Shown here piece after piece: positions 45,354 to 54,366 of a stretch of 55,013 bases of DNA. The notes under the pieces were generated by a model that saw only the letters and a program-made list of their open reading frames with translations, was not told the DNA's origin and did not search any database. A program made the translations under genes and the position numbers. Each line of letters opens with the position of its first letter. Position 1 is the first letter of the stretch. Origin of the DNA: Terriglobales bacterium (GTDB lineage: Bacteria > Acidobacteriota > Terriglobia > Terriglobales > Acidobacteriaceae); contig JBBPYY010000112.1 in NCBI GenBank assembly GCA_038199445.1, positions 1 through 55,013 on the forward strand, in the 5' to 3' direction.

Positions 45354-45438
45354 CCGAGGATGATTACAAAGAAGAAGGCACTCCCGCGTGTGCGATGACG
45401 CGGATGAAATGTTAAACTCATTTCTATTGCACTGGCGA

Positions 45439-45515
45439 AGGCGCGTAGCTCAGTTGGTTAGAGCGCTACCTTGACACGGTAGAGGTCAGGAGTTCGAGTC
45501 TCCTCGTGCCTACCA
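45439..45515 (+). tRNA. tRNA-Val (anticodon GAC), CCA encoded
   Basis: Acceptor AGGCGCG/CGTGCCT, anticodon stem CTACC/GGTAG, loop TTGACAC, T arm AGGAG-TTCGAGT-CTCCT. Confidence 0.9.
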
Positions 45516-46239
45516 TCCTTTCAACAACATACGGTGACACGAGCTCTGCTGGAGTGGATTTTGTGTCGTGGTTTGTGTCATAACCCTTCGTTGTTGTCTT
45601 GCTTGGGCATTTGTCTGAGAGCACGTTAACCGCTTCCCGCTTCGCTTCCTGGCGTAGATGACTGTAGTGCTCCAGCATCTTCCTTGACACATGCCCTGCG
45701 AGAGCCATGACAGTGCTGCAAGTCGGTGACGGCATCGTAGCGGCAGTCATGGAATCGGAATCCCTTCACCCCTGCAGCCTTAGTAAGTTTGCGCCATGCG
45801 TGCGCCAACTCTTCTTGTAACGCTCTGGATTGATCTTGCCATTTTCACAGGCAGGGAACAGAAACTGTTCCGGTTCAATGCAAGAGAATGCCTTTGCGCG
45901 CTCCCGAAGCTCAAGAATGGCGTCATAAGCGTCTTCGTTCATTGGGATCGACCGCAGCCCTGCCTCCGTCTGGCTGCGTCTCACCGTAAAGGACCTACGA
46001 AGCAAATCTATATCCCACCAGCGAAGATTCTTGATTTCGACTCCTCGCATGGTTGTGCAAAGAGCAAGGGTCATCGCTAACCGGGCATTCTGCCATTTCG
46101 AGCTTGGAGTCGGCAGCAGGGAGCAATCTGACCTTCTGCTCATGGGAAAGAGCCTTTCCGATATAGGACTCCGCGCGAGCAGACCGAACCACGACGGAGC
46201 TAAAGGCAAGGAAGGGAAGATATGCAGGAGAGCAAACAA
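45516..46239 (-). pseudogene. Tyrosine recombinase (phage-type integrase) remnant: N-terminally truncated with at least 3 frameshifts
   Basis: Catalytic-domain pieces are spread over several frames. They are YIGKALSHEQKVRLL; WQNARLAMTLALCTTMRGVEIKNLRWWDIDL; AWRKLTKAAGVKGFRFHDCRY; and VMALAGHVSRKMLEHYSH (the conserved H-x-x-R ... Y region). It abuts the tRNA-Val 3' end. Confidence 0.8.
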
Positions 46240-46382
46240 GTAACGCGGTTGCTAGGGTGAAGCAAATCCGGCTAGCCCCCAGCGGATTTGCAGGCGACTC
46301 CTGTTCACGCCGCAGGAATGCGAGCGCTTCCTAAATACGCGGGGGAATGGCCACCAGGCAGAAAGCGAGTGATAAAGAGAAA

Positions 46383-46404
46383 ACCCGCGCTTTGGGGCGC
46401 GGGT
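46383..46404 (-). terminator. Orphan terminator-like hairpin (minus-strand orientation)
   Basis: ACCCGCGC / GCGCGGGT, an 8-bp stem with a 6-nt loop. On the minus strand it is followed by TTTCTCTTTAT. No annotated minus-strand gene ends here. Confidence 0.4.
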
Positions 46405-46624
46405 CAGAAAGGAAAATAATTGAAACAACCCACGCTGATAAAAGGCGAGCCGTGGATCGTCGTAGCCATGTAAGGGCGGTTCTGGCGAGCTATGCATGTG
46501 AGAACTGGCGGGCACTGTCGGAGAGGACACGTATGCTCAGAGGAATTGTCTGATAGTCAGTTTTTTGACTGCCATGTCTCCGTCGAACGTTGTGGTATAA
46601 GGCGAGTCAATGCTTCGCTAGGCG

Positions 46625-47767
46625 GTGTCGACTGTGATCAACAATTCCGAAAGAATTGAGTTTCCTCATGCCATGCTTGAAGAAATTTTTCAGCAGCCAG
46701 AGGCGCTGCGTGACACTTTGGAGTATTATTTGCGGGGTTCAAGTCTTCACAGTGATGTATTCGCAGCTGCGCATTCCGCGTTAACCGGACATGAGCGGCT
46801 TGTGATTGCGGCGAGCGGGTCGAGCCGACATGCGGGTCTGGCCGGCGAGATCATGCTAGAAGATCTGGCGGGTGTCACCGTTGATGTGGAATACGCGAGT
46901 GAATACACCTATCGCTCCACTCACACGCTGCAGGATCCATGCACGATCGTCATTTCGCAGTCGGGAGAAACGGCGGACACCTTAGCCGCGTTGCGTGAAG
47001 CGAAAAGTCGTGGATTAGCAACCGTCGCGATTACGAATAATCCCAACTCTACAATGGCGCGCGAAGCGGATGCGTCGATGCCAACATTGGCGGGTAAAGA
47101 GAAAGCCATTCCAGCGACTAAGAGTTTTACAACGCAGCTAGCGGTGCTCTATCTGCTGACGGTATATCTTGCACGCATGCGTGGCCGGGCGACAGCCCGC
47201 GTGACGGAATTATATGTTGAGCAACTTACTAGGCTGCCAAATTTGATCGGGGATGCGACTCCGCGTTTGAGAGATGCGATCGCTGTCATTGCGGAACGGC
47301 TGAAGAAAACAGAAACGTTCCTCTTTCTGGGCCGCGGGATCCATTACGCGATTGCGCGCGAAGGTGCGCTGAAGCTGAAGGAATCTTCTTACTTGCAGGC
47401 AGAGGGTTATCCCGCCGGTGAGTTGAAGCACGGCCCGAATGCCCTCGTGAGCGGGAGCGCTGCGTTGATCGTTCTGGCCGCATACGATCGCAGCGATCCT
47501 GATTCGACGTTGCGTCAATCCAAAATCGTTCGGCTGCTTCGAGACCTGAAAAAGCAGGGGGCTTACGTGATCGCGATTGCCAGTCAGGGCGACGACGAAG
47601 TCGCGGAGTTGAGTAGGGATTGTGTTTTTCTACCACCGTGCAGCGAATACGTCTTGCCCATTTGCGAAGTAGTGCCACTGCAATTGCTCGCGTATTTCAT
47701 CGCTACGTTGAGAGGTATCGATGTCGACAACCCAAGGAATCTCGTAAAAGCAGTTGTGACGGAATAG
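46625..47767 (+). CDS. Tandem-SIS-domain protein (GlmS isomerase-domain-like); candidate GlcN-6-P deaminase of the NagB-II/AgaS type
   Basis: GTG start. MLEEIFQQPEAL..., two SIS repeats (ASGSSRHAG, SQSGETADT). The N-terminal glutaminase domain is absent. Confidence 0.75.
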   Translation: MSTVINNSERIEFPHAMLEEIFQQPEALRDTLEYYLRGSSLHSDVFAAAHSALTGHERLVIAASGSSRHAGLAGEIMLEDLAGVTVDVEYASEYTYRSTHTLQDPCTIVISQSGETADTLAALREAKSRGLATVAITNNPNSTMAREADASMPTLAGKEKAIPATKSFTTQLAVLYLLTVYLARMRGRATARVTELYVEQLTRLPNLIGDATPRLRDAIAVIAERLKKTETFLFLGRGIHYAIAREGALKLKESSYLQAEGYPAGELKHGPNALVSGSAALIVLAAYDRSDPDSTLRQSKIVRLLRDLKKQGAYVIAIASQGDDEVAELSRDCVFLPPCSEYVLPICEVVPLQLLAYFIATLRGIDVDNPRNLVKAVVTE

Positions 47768-47794
47768 ACAATCGGGAGACAGGGAAACGGCAAG

Positions 47795-50449
47795 TTACTT
47801 TTCCGTCGCATCCTGTGCTGTCACTAGAGAGGTTCGGCTGTGTCTTTCTTTGACTACAAATGTCTCTAACTTGATTGTTCCGTGAACGCGAACCGGGGCG
47901 GTGTAGGCATTCGAATGGATCGTCGGCTCGCTGCCATCTGTGGTGTAGCGAATCTCCAGCCCGGGAAAAGCGGTGTTTGCCTTGAGAAGCCCCTGCTCGA
48001 CGACAGCACCTGGCGGCGGGAGCCGATAGCTTACCCCGCCATCCAGGTAAGACAGACGCGGCAATTCCCGCTGACCCAGGCGATTGGCAAATTCATTCCA
48101 ACCCGTTGCGAGTTTCGCGTCGCGCTCGCTCGTCTGCGACATCGTTTCCCACGCCGGCTCTTTTGCCCATGCGCGCTCCGCCAGGGAAAGCAATTTAGGG
48201 AACATCTGATACTCCATCATTTCCTGGCCCTCGGTAACTTCGCTCCATAGCTCTCCCTGCAAACCGAGCACATGATTTTTGCCCGCCGGAGTCAGCCGCG
48301 CACTGTCTTTGAATGCGGTCTGAGGATCGATTGCATTTCCCATGACATCGGTGCGCGCGCTGCTGTAGAGGTTAAAGGGAGCGAATTCGTAGGGCTGCTG
48401 GGTGCCGACGAATCCAGCCCAGTAGTTGCCGGGCTCTTCGGGATCTTTGTCATAGGGCATATCGAAATAGAAATTTGAGGCATGCGCCATCACCACGTCA
48501 TAGCCGGCGTTGGCGAGCTTATAGGCAACGCCCTCGTTGCCGTCGCCCCAAGTGCTATCCCAGGGAAATACCCTGAAGTGCTTCCCGGAGAATGCAAGAT
48601 TCGGTTCTTTGAAAGTCTTGCCGTCGAGTGAGACGCGATGCAAACCAATCTCTGCCCACCCGGATGTAATAAGGTGGTGATCACTCAGCATGTGATTCAA
48701 CAGAGAGATGAAATATTCATAGAGATTGAGTGAGGTTGTCGGATTCGCCGGACTTTTTGCTCCTGCAAGAGCGTCTGATCCGATCAGCGCTTGGCATGCA
48801 GGAGAGTCGGTCCAGACGCCGGGCGGTAATTCATCACCGCCGATATGGATCGCGGTAAGAGTCGCATCAGCCTCGCGATACATGCTGCTGATTTCCGATA
48901 CCACCTTGTCAAAGAACCGGAGTGCCGATGGCTGGCAAACATTGATGACGTTATCGTTCCACTTTTGGACGGATTGATACACCGAATGATCTTGTGGATC
49001 GTGGAGCATGTATTCCGTCGCGGCTTTTTCGTTTCCATGCGTGCTGAGCCGGAGGTACCGTGTCTTCATGGCTTCGACGGATGCTCTCGCATGTCCCATC
49101 GTCTCCAACTCGGGGATAATCTCGATATGCCGCTGCGTGGCATACCGAAGAACCTGAATGAAGTCGTCACGCGTGTAGTGCCCGGTTCCGTGCGAGACGG
49201 CGGGATTGGGGAGCGGTCCGGAACCGAACGACGGCACCAGGTACTTCACGTCATTCAAGGTGTGGCCTCGACGGCTGCCGACGGTCGTAAGTTCAGGTAG
49301 TCCGGGAATCTCGAGCCGCCAGCCTTCATCATCGGTCAGATGAAATTGCAGTTTATTCAACTTATAGAAGGCCATTAGATCGAGCAGCTTCATCACAGAT
49401 TGTTTCGACTGAAAGTTACGCGCTACGTCGAGGTGCAAGCCGCGATAGGGGAAGCGAGGCGCATCTCCAACAACGGCTGCTGGCAAGCGAATTGTGCTCT
49501 GTAGCGGATCGTACTTAGCGGGAGGGATAAGCTCGCGCAAACTTTGAATGGCATAGAAGACCCCGGCTGAGTCCGTACCCGTAATAGCGACGCCTCGACG
49601 TGGATCGATGGACAGAGAGTAGGCTTCGTCACCTGGCTTTTCTTGGTGGTCGTCGACGGTGACATCGCCGAGTGACAGCGCGATGGTATGCGGTGACCGG
49701 GCGCGGCTCTCGACAATTGGAATGCGGCGGCCGAGTTGCGGGCGTAGAGCGTCCGCCAGGTAGGCTGCTTCATTGAGCAAACCATGAGCGTAGTGAATTC
49801 TGATATCAGATCCCAAATCGAGATGGTCGCCGCGTAATTCAAAGTGGGACGGTGTTGGAAGGATTTTTCCGACTGCGTCTGCGGGCAGCAGCGTGAGCGT
49901 TTGATTTTCGGCATATCGTTGGGCAGGAGTTTCGAGCGGCACGTGGTCCATAGCTCCCCGGCTTGTCTGCTCAATCGCCAGGAAAGGTTCAACGGTTACG
50001 CTCGCAACGGCCTGCGGCGGCAACCCTTGGCCGTTGGAGTTTGAAAATATGAAGTAGAAACCATCGGGCCCGGCCGTTGGATTGATGATTGGTTCCACAG
50101 TCGCGAACTGAATCCGCAACTCGGCTCCAGGCATCAGGGGATGAAAGGCCGTGGTGGGTTCCAGCTTGTAGAAATCGCCATTGATGTGAGTTATACGGAC
50201 GGACGGCGGCAAGCTTTGAAGAACTATTTCTCGCGAGGAATTGAAGTACAGCGTCCATTCGCTGCCAGGTAGAGGACGGCTGTCTTGATTGATGAGGAAG
50301 AGTTCGCAACTAGCGTTTGTATCGGGATGAAAATTGCTAACTACGCCCCAGCGTAAAGCGATGTGTCGCGAAGGCTGCTGTGGCGTCGCGCCATGACAGG
50401 CAGCAGCCAGCAGAAGCATAAGACCCGCAGACAGCATCCATTTTTTCAC
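47795..50449 (-). CDS. Secreted GH20 beta-N-acetylhexosaminidase with accessory N- and C-terminal domains
   Basis: Signal peptide, GH20 catalytic motif AIHIGGDE, and a C-terminal chitobiase-type domain (GLEIRYTTDGSEPT). Confidence 0.85.
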   Translation of the reverse strand: MKKWMLSAGLMLLLAAACHGATPQQPSRHIALRWGVVSNFHPDTNASCELFLINQDSRPLPGSEWTLYFNSSREIVLQSLPPSVRITHINGDFYKLEPTTAFHPLMPGAELRIQFATVEPIINPTAGPDGFYFIFSNSNGQGLPPQAVASVTVEPFLAIEQTSRGAMDHVPLETPAQRYAENQTLTLLPADAVGKILPTPSHFELRGDHLDLGSDIRIHYAHGLLNEAAYLADALRPQLGRRIPIVESRARSPHTIALSLGDVTVDDHQEKPGDEAYSLSIDPRRGVAITGTDSAGVFYAIQSLRELIPPAKYDPLQSTIRLPAAVVGDAPRFPYRGLHLDVARNFQSKQSVMKLLDLMAFYKLNKLQFHLTDDEGWRLEIPGLPELTTVGSRRGHTLNDVKYLVPSFGSGPLPNPAVSHGTGHYTRDDFIQVLRYATQRHIEIIPELETMGHARASVEAMKTRYLRLSTHGNEKAATEYMLHDPQDHSVYQSVQKWNDNVINVCQPSALRFFDKVVSEISSMYREADATLTAIHIGGDELPPGVWTDSPACQALIGSDALAGAKSPANPTTSLNLYEYFISLLNHMLSDHHLITSGWAEIGLHRVSLDGKTFKEPNLAFSGKHFRVFPWDSTWGDGNEGVAYKLANAGYDVVMAHASNFYFDMPYDKDPEEPGNYWAGFVGTQQPYEFAPFNLYSSARTDVMGNAIDPQTAFKDSARLTPAGKNHVLGLQGELWSEVTEGQEMMEYQMFPKLLSLAERAWAKEPAWETMSQTSERDAKLATGWNEFANRLGQRELPRLSYLDGGVSYRLPPPGAVVEQGLLKANTAFPGLEIRYTTDGSEPTIHSNAYTAPVRVHGTIKLETFVVKERHSRTSLVTAQDATEK

Positions 50450-50585
50450 TGTACTCTAGCTTTCTGACTGGGCGTTGTAGTACCGAGAGTATCGCAGACT
50501 GCTGTCCGTCTGAGCCGGAGAGTTTCTCAGCATTGTCCTGTTTTCTTTTTGCCGACTTTCAAGCGCTTAATGTACGCTCTGCACC

Positions 50586-53120
50586 ATGAGAAAAACTACG
50601 GCAGCGTTTAATAAATCGTTTCAGTGCGTACTCATCCTTGCCGCGCTGGTTGTTAGTGCAAGCCGGATAGAAGCTCAGGCTCCGGTCCCGGATGGTCCGT
50701 CGATTGAAGCAAAAGTAACCGCGATGCTGGGCAAGATGACCCTTGAACAGAAGCTTGCGTATATCGGCGGCGTCGACGATATGTTTGTACGCGCCGAGCC
50801 TGAGATTGGCTTGCCTAGACTGAAAATGTCGGATGGACCCGTGGGTGTGCGCACCTGGGGACCGACAACATCCTATGCCGCGGGCATTGGCCTCGCAGCA
50901 GCATGGGATCCCGAGCTGGCGGGAAAGTTGGGCGAGGCGCTCGGCAACGATGCGCGTGCGCGGGGAGTGCACTTTCTGCTCGGCCCCGGCGTGAATATCT
51001 ATCGGGCGCCAATGAACGGCCGCAATATGGAATATTTCGGGGAAGACCCGTACCTCGCGGCACGCACGGCAGTGGGTTACATCGATGGCTTGCAAGGCAC
51101 AGGTGTCGTGGCCACAGTAAAGCACTATGCTGCCAATAATTCAGAGTACGACCGCCACAACATTGACACCATCGTCGACGAACGGACACTGCGCGAGATC
51201 TATCTGCCGGCGTTTGAGGCCGCGGTGAAGGAGGCGCACTCGGGTGCCGTCATGGATAGCTACAACCTGCTCAATGGCGAGCACTTAACGCAGAGCAGGC
51301 GCATGAATACTGACATTCTGCGGACCGAGTGGGGCTTTAACGGCATTCTGATGTCGGACTGGGATTCGACCTACGACGGAGTGGCGGCGGCAAACAGCGG
51401 GCTCGATCTTGAAATGCCCAATCCAAAGTTTATGACGCTGGCCGTGCTCGGCGACGCCATCAAGAGCGGGCAAGTCAGTGTTGCGACTATCGACGAGAAG
51501 GTCCGCCGCATTTTGCGAACCGCGATCCGCTTCGGATTTCTCGACAGGAGCCAGTTGGAGATCAGCAAGTCTCTCTACAGCAAAAGTGGAAATGAAGTTG
51601 CCCTTGAGTCAGCGCGCGAGAGCCTGGTGCTGCTCAAGAATGAAAGAAACCTGCTACCGCTAAAGAAGGGCGCGGTGCGCACAATTGCCGTCATCGGACC
51701 CGATGCATATTCCGCGGTACCCAGCGCGGGTGGCAGCTCGAACACGACCGCTTTCGCTCCGGTCAGTTTCTTAGAAGGAATCGGCGATGCGGTTGGCTCG
51801 AATGCGCAGGTTCTATATGCGGCCGGTTTGCCGACACCGCAATCCATTTTTAAAGAGACGAAGTTTGACGGGACGAACGGCCAGAATGGACTCAAGGTCG
51901 AGGTCTTCGACAATCCGGAGATGAAGGGCAAGCCGATCTCGAGCAGTTCAGTGGATAAGATGGATGGATGGCGAGCGGAAATGTGGACACCGCATGCGAC
52001 GGTGCGGCGCGGTATCCGCTCGACCGGCAGTTATACCCCTGAAAAAAGCGGCCGGTATCTTTTTCTTACAGCGGCCGCGAGTGAAGACACCTACACGCTG
52101 CTGGTAGATGGAAAGCAGTTGATCGCACAGCCGAGCCGGGAAGGTCAGGCACCGCAATTTGCAACGCTGACACTGACGGCGGGCAAACCGATATCAATCG
52201 AGTTGCAGTATCAACCAGACGCAGAGACCGCGCGCATGGGCTTTGGTATTCGCGCAGAAGAAGATTTGATTTCACCAGAGACGCGCAAGATTGCTGCATC
52301 CGCTGACGCAGTTGTGCTCGCCGTTGGATTCGACCCAAGCACGGAGAGCGAAGGGTACGATCGCAGTTTCACGCTGCCGTGGGGACAGGATGCTTTGATT
52401 CTCGCAGTAGCGGCGGCGAATCCCAAGACCGTCGTGAACGTTACGGCGGGCGGTGCGGTGGACACGCGCGCGTGGCTGGACCATGTTCCGGTGCTGATCT
52501 ACAACTGGTATCCCGGACAACGGGGCGGCAACGCGCTAGCGGAAGTTTTATTTGGGGATGAAGCGCCGGAGGGCAAGCTGCCAATCAGCTTCGACCGGAG
52601 TTGGGAAGAAAACCCGGTGCACGACCACTACTATCCTGAGGCAGGCAAAACTCATCCGACCGTGACTTATGCTGAGGGGGTTTTTCTCGGCTACCGCTAC
52701 TACACCAGCATGCAGAAACAGCCGCTATATCCGTTTGGCTTCGGTATGACGTACACGACGTTTGCGTTCAGCAATCTGAAGGTGACTCCGGCGAGCGGCA
52801 AAGGCGATGGGCATGAATTCAATGTCTCGTTTGATGTGAAGAATACGGGGCGGCGGACAGGCGCGGATGTTGCTCAGGTCTATGTCGGTGATCCTTCAGC
52901 GAAGATAAAGCGTCCCGCGAAAGAATTGAAAGCGTTCAAAAAGCTGCGACTTCAGCCCGGTCAATCTGAGCACGTGACATTGCCTCTCGATCAGCGGTCG
53001 CTGTCGTATTACGACGTCAATGAGAAGGGATGGCGCGTCGATCCCGGCATGTTCCAGATATTTGTGGGGGATTCATCGGCTGACACGCCGCTGTCGGCTG
53101 AGTTCGCGGTCACGAAGTAG
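50586..53120 (+). CDS. Secreted GH3 beta-glycosidase with a PA14 insertion and a Fn3-like C-terminal domain
   Basis: Signal peptide, GH3 motifs KHYAANN and GFNGILMSDW (nucleophile Asp), and a PA14-like segment (GLKVEVFDNPEMKGKP). Confidence 0.85.
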   Translation: MRKTTAAFNKSFQCVLILAALVVSASRIEAQAPVPDGPSIEAKVTAMLGKMTLEQKLAYIGGVDDMFVRAEPEIGLPRLKMSDGPVGVRTWGPTTSYAAGIGLAAAWDPELAGKLGEALGNDARARGVHFLLGPGVNIYRAPMNGRNMEYFGEDPYLAARTAVGYIDGLQGTGVVATVKHYAANNSEYDRHNIDTIVDERTLREIYLPAFEAAVKEAHSGAVMDSYNLLNGEHLTQSRRMNTDILRTEWGFNGILMSDWDSTYDGVAAANSGLDLEMPNPKFMTLAVLGDAIKSGQVSVATIDEKVRRILRTAIRFGFLDRSQLEISKSLYSKSGNEVALESARESLVLLKNERNLLPLKKGAVRTIAVIGPDAYSAVPSAGGSSNTTAFAPVSFLEGIGDAVGSNAQVLYAAGLPTPQSIFKETKFDGTNGQNGLKVEVFDNPEMKGKPISSSSVDKMDGWRAEMWTPHATVRRGIRSTGSYTPEKSGRYLFLTAAASEDTYTLLVDGKQLIAQPSREGQAPQFATLTLTAGKPISIELQYQPDAETARMGFGIRAEEDLISPETRKIAASADAVVLAVGFDPSTESEGYDRSFTLPWGQDALILAVAAANPKTVVNVTAGGAVDTRAWLDHVPVLIYNWYPGQRGGNALAEVLFGDEAPEGKLPISFDRSWEENPVHDHYYPEAGKTHPTVTYAEGVFLGYRYYTSMQKQPLYPFGFGMTYTTFAFSNLKVTPASGKGDGHEFNVSFDVKNTGRRTGADVAQVYVGDPSAKIKRPAKELKAFKKLRLQPGQSEHVTLPLDQRSLSYYDVNEKGWRVDPGMFQIFVGDSSADTPLSAEFAVTK

Positions 53121-54366
53121 TCTGGCTGCTGCTACGTGGCAGGCCCGCGGACAGGAGCAAGAGGAGGACCGCTCCTGCGGCCGGCACTGCCAGACCCGCA
53201 CGCAACGTGTGGAACTGAGTCGATACGACACCTGTCAACCATGGCAAGATTGCTCCGCCCAGGGCGCCAATCGCAAAGAGTGGGCCAAGGCGCGGTTGAC
53301 TTCCCACGCGCGCCAGCAGGAACGAAATAACGAGCGGATATAGAGGCGCCAGGCTGAGAGCGGAAATAATTACGAGCGCGAACAGTGCAACCGTGGTCAG
53401 GTGCTGCACCAGGCAAATTGCACCGATCGCCGCGATCAGCAACAGAAGACATGCGCGATAGAGCACCCGCTCTGAGACAAAGTTCAAGAGCAATGTGGTC
53501 AGGCCGCGACCACTGAACTCACCAATCCAAAAGCCAAGCGCGATGGAAGACGTCACGTCGGCACCTGCACCGAGAGAAAGAGTACGGTGAGCATGGGTAG
53601 GCAGCCAGCCGCCGAGCGCGTTCTCAATGCCGAGGTAGAGCAGCATATTCGCGAGAAAGAAAGCGAAAATCCGAACCGGCAGCTTTCGCGCATCAGGCAA
53701 TTCATCGCATGAGAATCGCAGTTCTCGTGACAGCAAAAACGTTGACAGCAGGGCAGAACAAAAGAGCACGGCTGCCAACAGTAGGAAGAAAAAACGCAGG
53801 CCGTCGATGTTCCTCGAGCTGCGATGGCTGAGGCGCAGACTCGCGTGAATCAATAGGGGTGAGGCGATGGCGCCCAGGCCCCAACACATGTTGAGGACAG
53901 CGATCAATTTGGAATGGGAAGAGACTTTGCCAGTCGTCGCAGAGATGTCATCGAGGCGAATGGTGCCGACGAGCACATTGCCCGCTGTGAGTCCGGCTCC
54001 CAAACCCATTCCGATGAGGAACAGCGCTCCGTGCGCGGCGGCGAATCCTAGATATGCAAGTCCGACAGAACCCAGAGCGGTGGCCAGAGCGCCAAATATG
54101 AGACTGGCATGGAGTCTGCGCACTGCCAGCCACGCCCCGCTGAATTGGCCGAGAAACATTGCGACGAACACGGTGCCAAGCTGCGCGTCGGGAATATTCC
54201 ATCTCAGCGCGAGTATAGGAAGGGTCGGCCCCAGCATGACGGTCGCGATGCCGCCAGCGACAAAGTAGACGAATGTGGCGGAAAGCCTCCGTCGGCGGTC
54301 ACGCGCAATTTTGGCATTTTCTAACTCACGATGGGCGAGGTTGATGGCCGGCCTCGCTGCTCTCAT
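53110..54366 (-). CDS. MFS sugar transporter (FucP/NagP-like)
   Basis: 12 hydrophobic helices. The start overlaps the stop of the upstream LacI gene (ATGA). Confidence 0.7.
   Translation of the reverse strand: MRAARPAINLAHRELENAKIARDRRRRLSATFVYFVAGGIATVMLGPTLPILALRWNIPDAQLGTVFVAMFLGQFSGAWLAVRRLHASLIFGALATALGSVGLAYLGFAAAHGALFLIGMGLGAGLTAGNVLVGTIRLDDISATTGKVSSHSKLIAVLNMCWGLGAIASPLLIHASLRLSHRSSRNIDGLRFFFLLLAAVLFCSALLSTFLLSRELRFSCDELPDARKLPVRIFAFFLANMLLYLGIENALGGWLPTHAHRTLSLGAGADVTSSIALGFWIGEFSGRGLTTLLLNFVSERVLYRACLLLLIAAIGAICLVQHLTTVALFALVIISALSLAPLYPLVISFLLARVGSQPRLGPLFAIGALGGAILPWLTGVVSTQFHTLRAGLAVPAAGAVLLLLLSAGLPRSSSQTTS

Noticed and set aside
45354-45438. Looked for a fluoride (crcB-motif) riboswitch upstream of the ClC gene
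   Set aside because: None of the conserved fluoride-aptamer blocks are visible. The channel also has the chloride-type GSGIPQ/GREGP filter rather than a CLC-F type.
46252-46530. A 92-aa minus-strand ORF in the gap between the integrase remnant and the SIS gene
   Set aside because: It reads through an 8-bp GC hairpin plus T-tract, lacks a ribosome-binding site and has no family resemblance. Treated as non-coding.
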